Origin: Candidatus Oxydemutator sp. | GTDB taxonomy: Bacteria; Pseudomonadota; Gammaproteobacteria; Poriferisulfidales; Oxydemutatoraceae | Direction of reading: 5' to 3' | DNA length: 64,000 nucleotides | NCBI GenBank assembly: GCA_965203445.1 | Contig: OZ241883.1 | Span: 1,408,001-1,472,000, forward strand | Shown: positions 60,865-64,000 of the stretch, one piece after another | How positions within the stretch are numbered: position 1 is the first letter of the stretch | Layout: each line of letters opens with the position of its first letter | The notes under the pieces: generated by a model | Told to the model about the DNA's origin: nothing | Databases searched by the model: none | Seen by the model: only the letters and a program-made list of their open reading frames with translations | Translations under genes and position numbers: made by a program

Positions 60865-62595
60865 TTACGCCGCCGCCTCGACGCGCATACGCACGACCGC
60901 CTCGGCGCAGGCGGTGAGCGACAGCATCGCGGTCTGCCGGTCGCGTCTTCGCAGGCACTCGACCTGCCCGTTTTCGAGATTTTTCTCGCTGACGACCAGG
61001 CGCCAGGGCAGGCCGATCAGGTCGCCGTCGGCGAACAGCACGCCGGGGCGCGCGTCGCGGTCGTCCAACAGCACGTCCACTCCGGCCGCAAGCAGCGCCT
61101 GGTAAAGGCGGTCGGTTTCGGTTTTTACCTTCGGGTTGCGGTGGTAGCCGACCGGCGTCAGCGCCACCTCGAAAGGCGCCATCGGCGGCGGCCAGACGAT
61201 GCCGTGCTTATCGTGGTTCTGCTCGATTGCCGCGGCGACGATGCGCGAGATGCCGATGCCGTAGCAGCCCATGTGCACGGTGCACGGTTTGCCGGCCTCG
61301 TCCAGCACCGACACGTCCATCGCCTCGCTGTAGCGGGTGCCGAGTTTGAAGATGTGTCCGACCTCGATGCCGCGCCGTATGTGCAGGCGCCCGCGCCCGT
61401 CGGGGCCGGGGTCGCCTTGTTCGACGTTGCGAAAGTCGCCGGTCTCCGGTTCCGGCAGGTCGCGCCCCCAGTTCACGTTCACCAGATGGTAGCCTTCCTC
61501 GTTGGCGCCGGTTGCGAAGTCGGCCATTTCGGCCGCGGCGTGGTCGGCCAACACCGGTACCCGCAGGCCGACGGGCCCGAGCGAGCCGGGCGGGCAGCCG
61601 ATGGTCTCGATAATTTTCCGTTCGTCGGCGAACGTGAGCGGATCGGCGACGGCCGGGTGCCTGGCGGCCTTGACGACGTTGAGTTCGTGATCGCCGCGCA
61701 CAAAGACGCCGACGATGCCGCCGTCGACGCCGTTGACGAACAACGCCTTCAGACACCGCCGCGCCGGCAGCTCGAGGAGCGTGGCCAGCGCCTGGATGGT
61801 CGTGGCGCCGGGAGTCTCTATCTTGTGCATTCTGGCGCCGCACCTGTTGGCGTCGCGCTCGCGTCGGGAGACGGCGGGTGCGGTCGGTGCCAGTTCGACG
61901 TTGGCGGCGTAATCGCCGTCGTCGGAGAACGCGATTCGATCCTCGCCGGTGTCGGCGAGGATATGGAACTCATGCGAGGCGTCGCCGCCGATGGCGCCGG
62001 TGTCGGCGAGCACCGCGCGGTAGTCCAGCCCGAGGCGCTCGAAGATGCGGCCGTAGGCCGAGAACATCGCGCGGTAGGTCACATCGAGCGAGGCGTCGTC
62101 GCAGTGGAAGGAGTAGGCGTCCTTCATCAGAAATTCGCGCGCGCGCATGACGCCGAAGCGCGGGCGGATCTCGTCGCGGAACTTGGTCTGTATCTGGTAG
62201 TAGTTGACCGGCAGCTGGCGGTAACTGGACAGCTCGCCGCGCGCGAAGTGGCAGATGACCTCCTCGTGCGTCGGCCCGAACACGAAATCGCGTCGGTGGC
62301 GGTCCTTGATGCGCAGCAACTCGGCGCCGTATTTGTCCCAGCGTCCCGATTTCCGCCACAGGTCGGCGGGCTGCACCGCCGGCATCAGCAGCTCGCAGGC
62401 GCCGGCGGCGTCCATCTCCTCGCGCACGACGGCGCCGACCTTGCGCAGCACGCGCAGCCCCATCGGCAGCCACAGATACAAGCCGGACGAGAGTTTGCGA
62501 ATCAGGCCGGCGCGCAGCATCAGCCGGTGGCTGACGACCTCGGCGTCGGCGGGTTCCTGCTTGAGCGTGTGAAAGGGGAAGCGTGAAACGCGCAT
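60865..62595 (-). CDS. proS: Proline--tRNA ligase
   Basis: SHRLMLRAG, GPTHEE, FRDEIRPRFGVMRAREF, GIEVGHIF, MGCYGIG. Confidence 0.97.
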   Translation of the reverse strand: MRVSRFPFHTLKQEPADAEVVSHRLMLRAGLIRKLSSGLYLWLPMGLRVLRKVGAVVREEMDAAGACELLMPAVQPADLWRKSGRWDKYGAELLRIKDRHRRDFVFGPTHEEVICHFARGELSSYRQLPVNYYQIQTKFRDEIRPRFGVMRAREFLMKDAYSFHCDDASLDVTYRAMFSAYGRIFERLGLDYRAVLADTGAIGGDASHEFHILADTGEDRIAFSDDGDYAANVELAPTAPAVSRRERDANRCGARMHKIETPGATTIQALATLLELPARRCLKALFVNGVDGGIVGVFVRGDHELNVVKAARHPAVADPLTFADERKIIETIGCPPGSLGPVGLRVPVLADHAAAEMADFATGANEEGYHLVNVNWGRDLPEPETGDFRNVEQGDPGPDGRGRLHIRRGIEVGHIFKLGTRYSEAMDVSVLDEAGKPCTVHMGCYGIGISRIVAAAIEQNHDKHGIVWPPPMAPFEVALTPVGYHRNPKVKTETDRLYQALLAAGVDVLLDDRDARPGVLFADGDLIGLPWRLVVSEKNLENGQVECLRRRDRQTAMLSLTACAEAVVRMRVEAAA

Positions 62596-62855
62596 CTTAT
62601 TGCCCGCGTACGAGTATAGCAGAAGAAATTTTCGGGAATGTGTATGCGGGAATTGTGTATGGGATTTATGTAGTGACTTATCCCCCTGAATCAGGGCCGC
62701 GGGCATAGAGAGAAATTGCATTCTCTCGGGCCGCTTTGACGGCGGCAACCCCGACGTTGTCCGACGCGCCGCATTCCCCAGATTTTCGCCCCGGCGCGGG
62801 TTTCTGGTAAAGTGGCGACGCTGGCGGCCCTCTCGCGCCGCTTGGTGCAGCGCAG

Positions 62856-63923
62856 ATGAATCCCTTCCGACAATGGTTTGAACGCTCTTTTTCCAACCCG
62901 CAGGTAGCGGTTTTGCTGGCGTTGCTGGTCGTCGGTGCCGTCGTCATCGGCTTCGCCAGCCGCATACTGGCACCGCTGATGATCGGCCTGGTGCTGGCTT
63001 ATCTGCTCGACGGCCTGGTGGAGTTGTTGCAGCGTTCGCGGTTGTCGCGATCCTTGTCCTTGACGCTGGTGTACGCCGGCTTCGTCGCCGCCGTGATTTT
63101 GGTGCTGTTGGTGCTGGCGCCGCTGATGGCGCAACAGATCGCCGATTTTCTGCGCGCGCTGCCCTTGATTTTCAGTCGCGGCCAGGAGCTGCTCGCGCAA
63201 CTGCCGGAAAAGTACCCGCAGTACTTCGACGAACGGCAGATACAGGGCGTCATCTCCAGTATGCGCAGCGAGGTCGCGCACATCGCGCAGGGCATGCTGA
63301 CGACCCTGCTGTCCTCGGTCGGCGGCTTCATCACCGCGCTTATTTATCTGGTGCTGGTGCCGCTGCTGGTGTTTTTCTTCCTGAAGGACAAGAGCCTGCT
63401 GCTCGGATGGTGCGCGAACCTGCTGCCGCGCAAGGAGAATCGCATGCTGACTACGCGGGTCTGGCGCGAGGTCAACCAGAAAATCTCCGGCTACATCCGC
63501 GGTAAGCTGATCGAGATTCTCATCGTCTGGTTCGTCACCTGGATCGTGTTCCAGCTGCTCGGGTTGCAGTATGCGCTCCTGCTGTCTTTCCTGGTCGGCA
63601 TCTCGGTCGTGATCCCGTTTCTCGGCGCCGCCGTGGTCACGATCCCGGTCGCGCTGGTCGGCTACGCGCAGTGGGGGCTTACGTCGGATTTTCTGTACGT
63701 GATGGTCGCCTACGCCGTCATCCAGTTTTTGGACGGCAACCTTCTGGTGCCGCTGTTGTTTTCCGAGATCGTCAACCTGCACCCGATAGCGATTATTTCG
63801 GCGGTGTTGATCTTCGGCGGCTTGTGGGGAATCTGGGGCGTGTTTTTCGCAATTCCGCTGGCGACGCTGGTGCACGCGGTGTTGAAGGCGTGGCCGCGCG
63901 GAGGCGCCGCGTCGGCGCGTTAG
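62856..63923 (+). CDS. AI-2E family transporter (PerM-like)
   Basis: Multi-TM; QFLDGNLLVPLLFSEIVNLHP, FFAIPLA. Confidence 0.88.
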   Translation: MNPFRQWFERSFSNPQVAVLLALLVVGAVVIGFASRILAPLMIGLVLAYLLDGLVELLQRSRLSRSLSLTLVYAGFVAAVILVLLVLAPLMAQQIADFLRALPLIFSRGQELLAQLPEKYPQYFDERQIQGVISSMRSEVAHIAQGMLTTLLSSVGGFITALIYLVLVPLLVFFFLKDKSLLLGWCANLLPRKENRMLTTRVWREVNQKISGYIRGKLIEILIVWFVTWIVFQLLGLQYALLLSFLVGISVVIPFLGAAVVTIPVALVGYAQWGLTSDFLYVMVAYAVIQFLDGNLLVPLLFSEIVNLHPIAIISAVLIFGGLWGIWGVFFAIPLATLVHAVLKAWPRGGAASAR

Positions 63924-63927
63924 CGCC

Positions 63928-63999
63928 TTAATCGAGCGCGCGCACCGCGTCGAGCACTTCCTCGACGTGTCCCAGGATCTTGACCTTGCGCCACTCGCG
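63928..63999 (-). CDS. bcp: Peroxiredoxin Bcp, 3' end (partial)
   Basis: Minus strand reads REWRKVKILGHVEEVLDAVRALD*. Confidence 0.65.
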   Translation of the reverse strand, partial: REWRKVKILGHVEEVLDAVRALD

Positions 64000-64000
64000 C

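Overview
GC-rich gammaproteobacterial-type chromosome segment. A conserved backbone (rmuC', gph-ubiG-mtaD, gyrA-serC-pheA, mreBCD, gatCAB, hemA-prfA-prmC, TPR-lolB-ispE-tRNA-Gln-prs-rplY-pth-ychF, tRNA-Met, proS, perM-like, bcp') is interrupted by defence and mobile inserts. (1) A ~12 kb island between mtaD and gyrA holds a five-gene operon (PAPS-reductase-like PP-loop protein, DUF262/HNH-like protein, GHKL ATPase, two unknowns), a BCCT transporter and two DNA methyltransferases. (2) An intact tnpB is bounded by IS1595-like inverted ends. (3) A Type III R-M locus has res and mod separated by cargo: an orphan CBASS-type HORMA gene, a Fic/Doc gene, an IS5 remnant, a TIR-like protein with a phage MuF domain inserted in frame plus a membrane effector-like gene, and an SDH/ClpP-fold protease cassette. 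(4) An IS481-type element with a 5-bp target duplication. (5) A small R-M pair between rplY and pth. (6) A complete type II-C CRISPR-Cas locus (1034-aa Cas9, tracrRNA, 39 spacers). The best candidates for undescribed systems are the TIR::MuF plus membrane protein pair and the PAPS-reductase/DUF262/GHKL operon. All family assignments come from motif recognition by eye, not from database searches.
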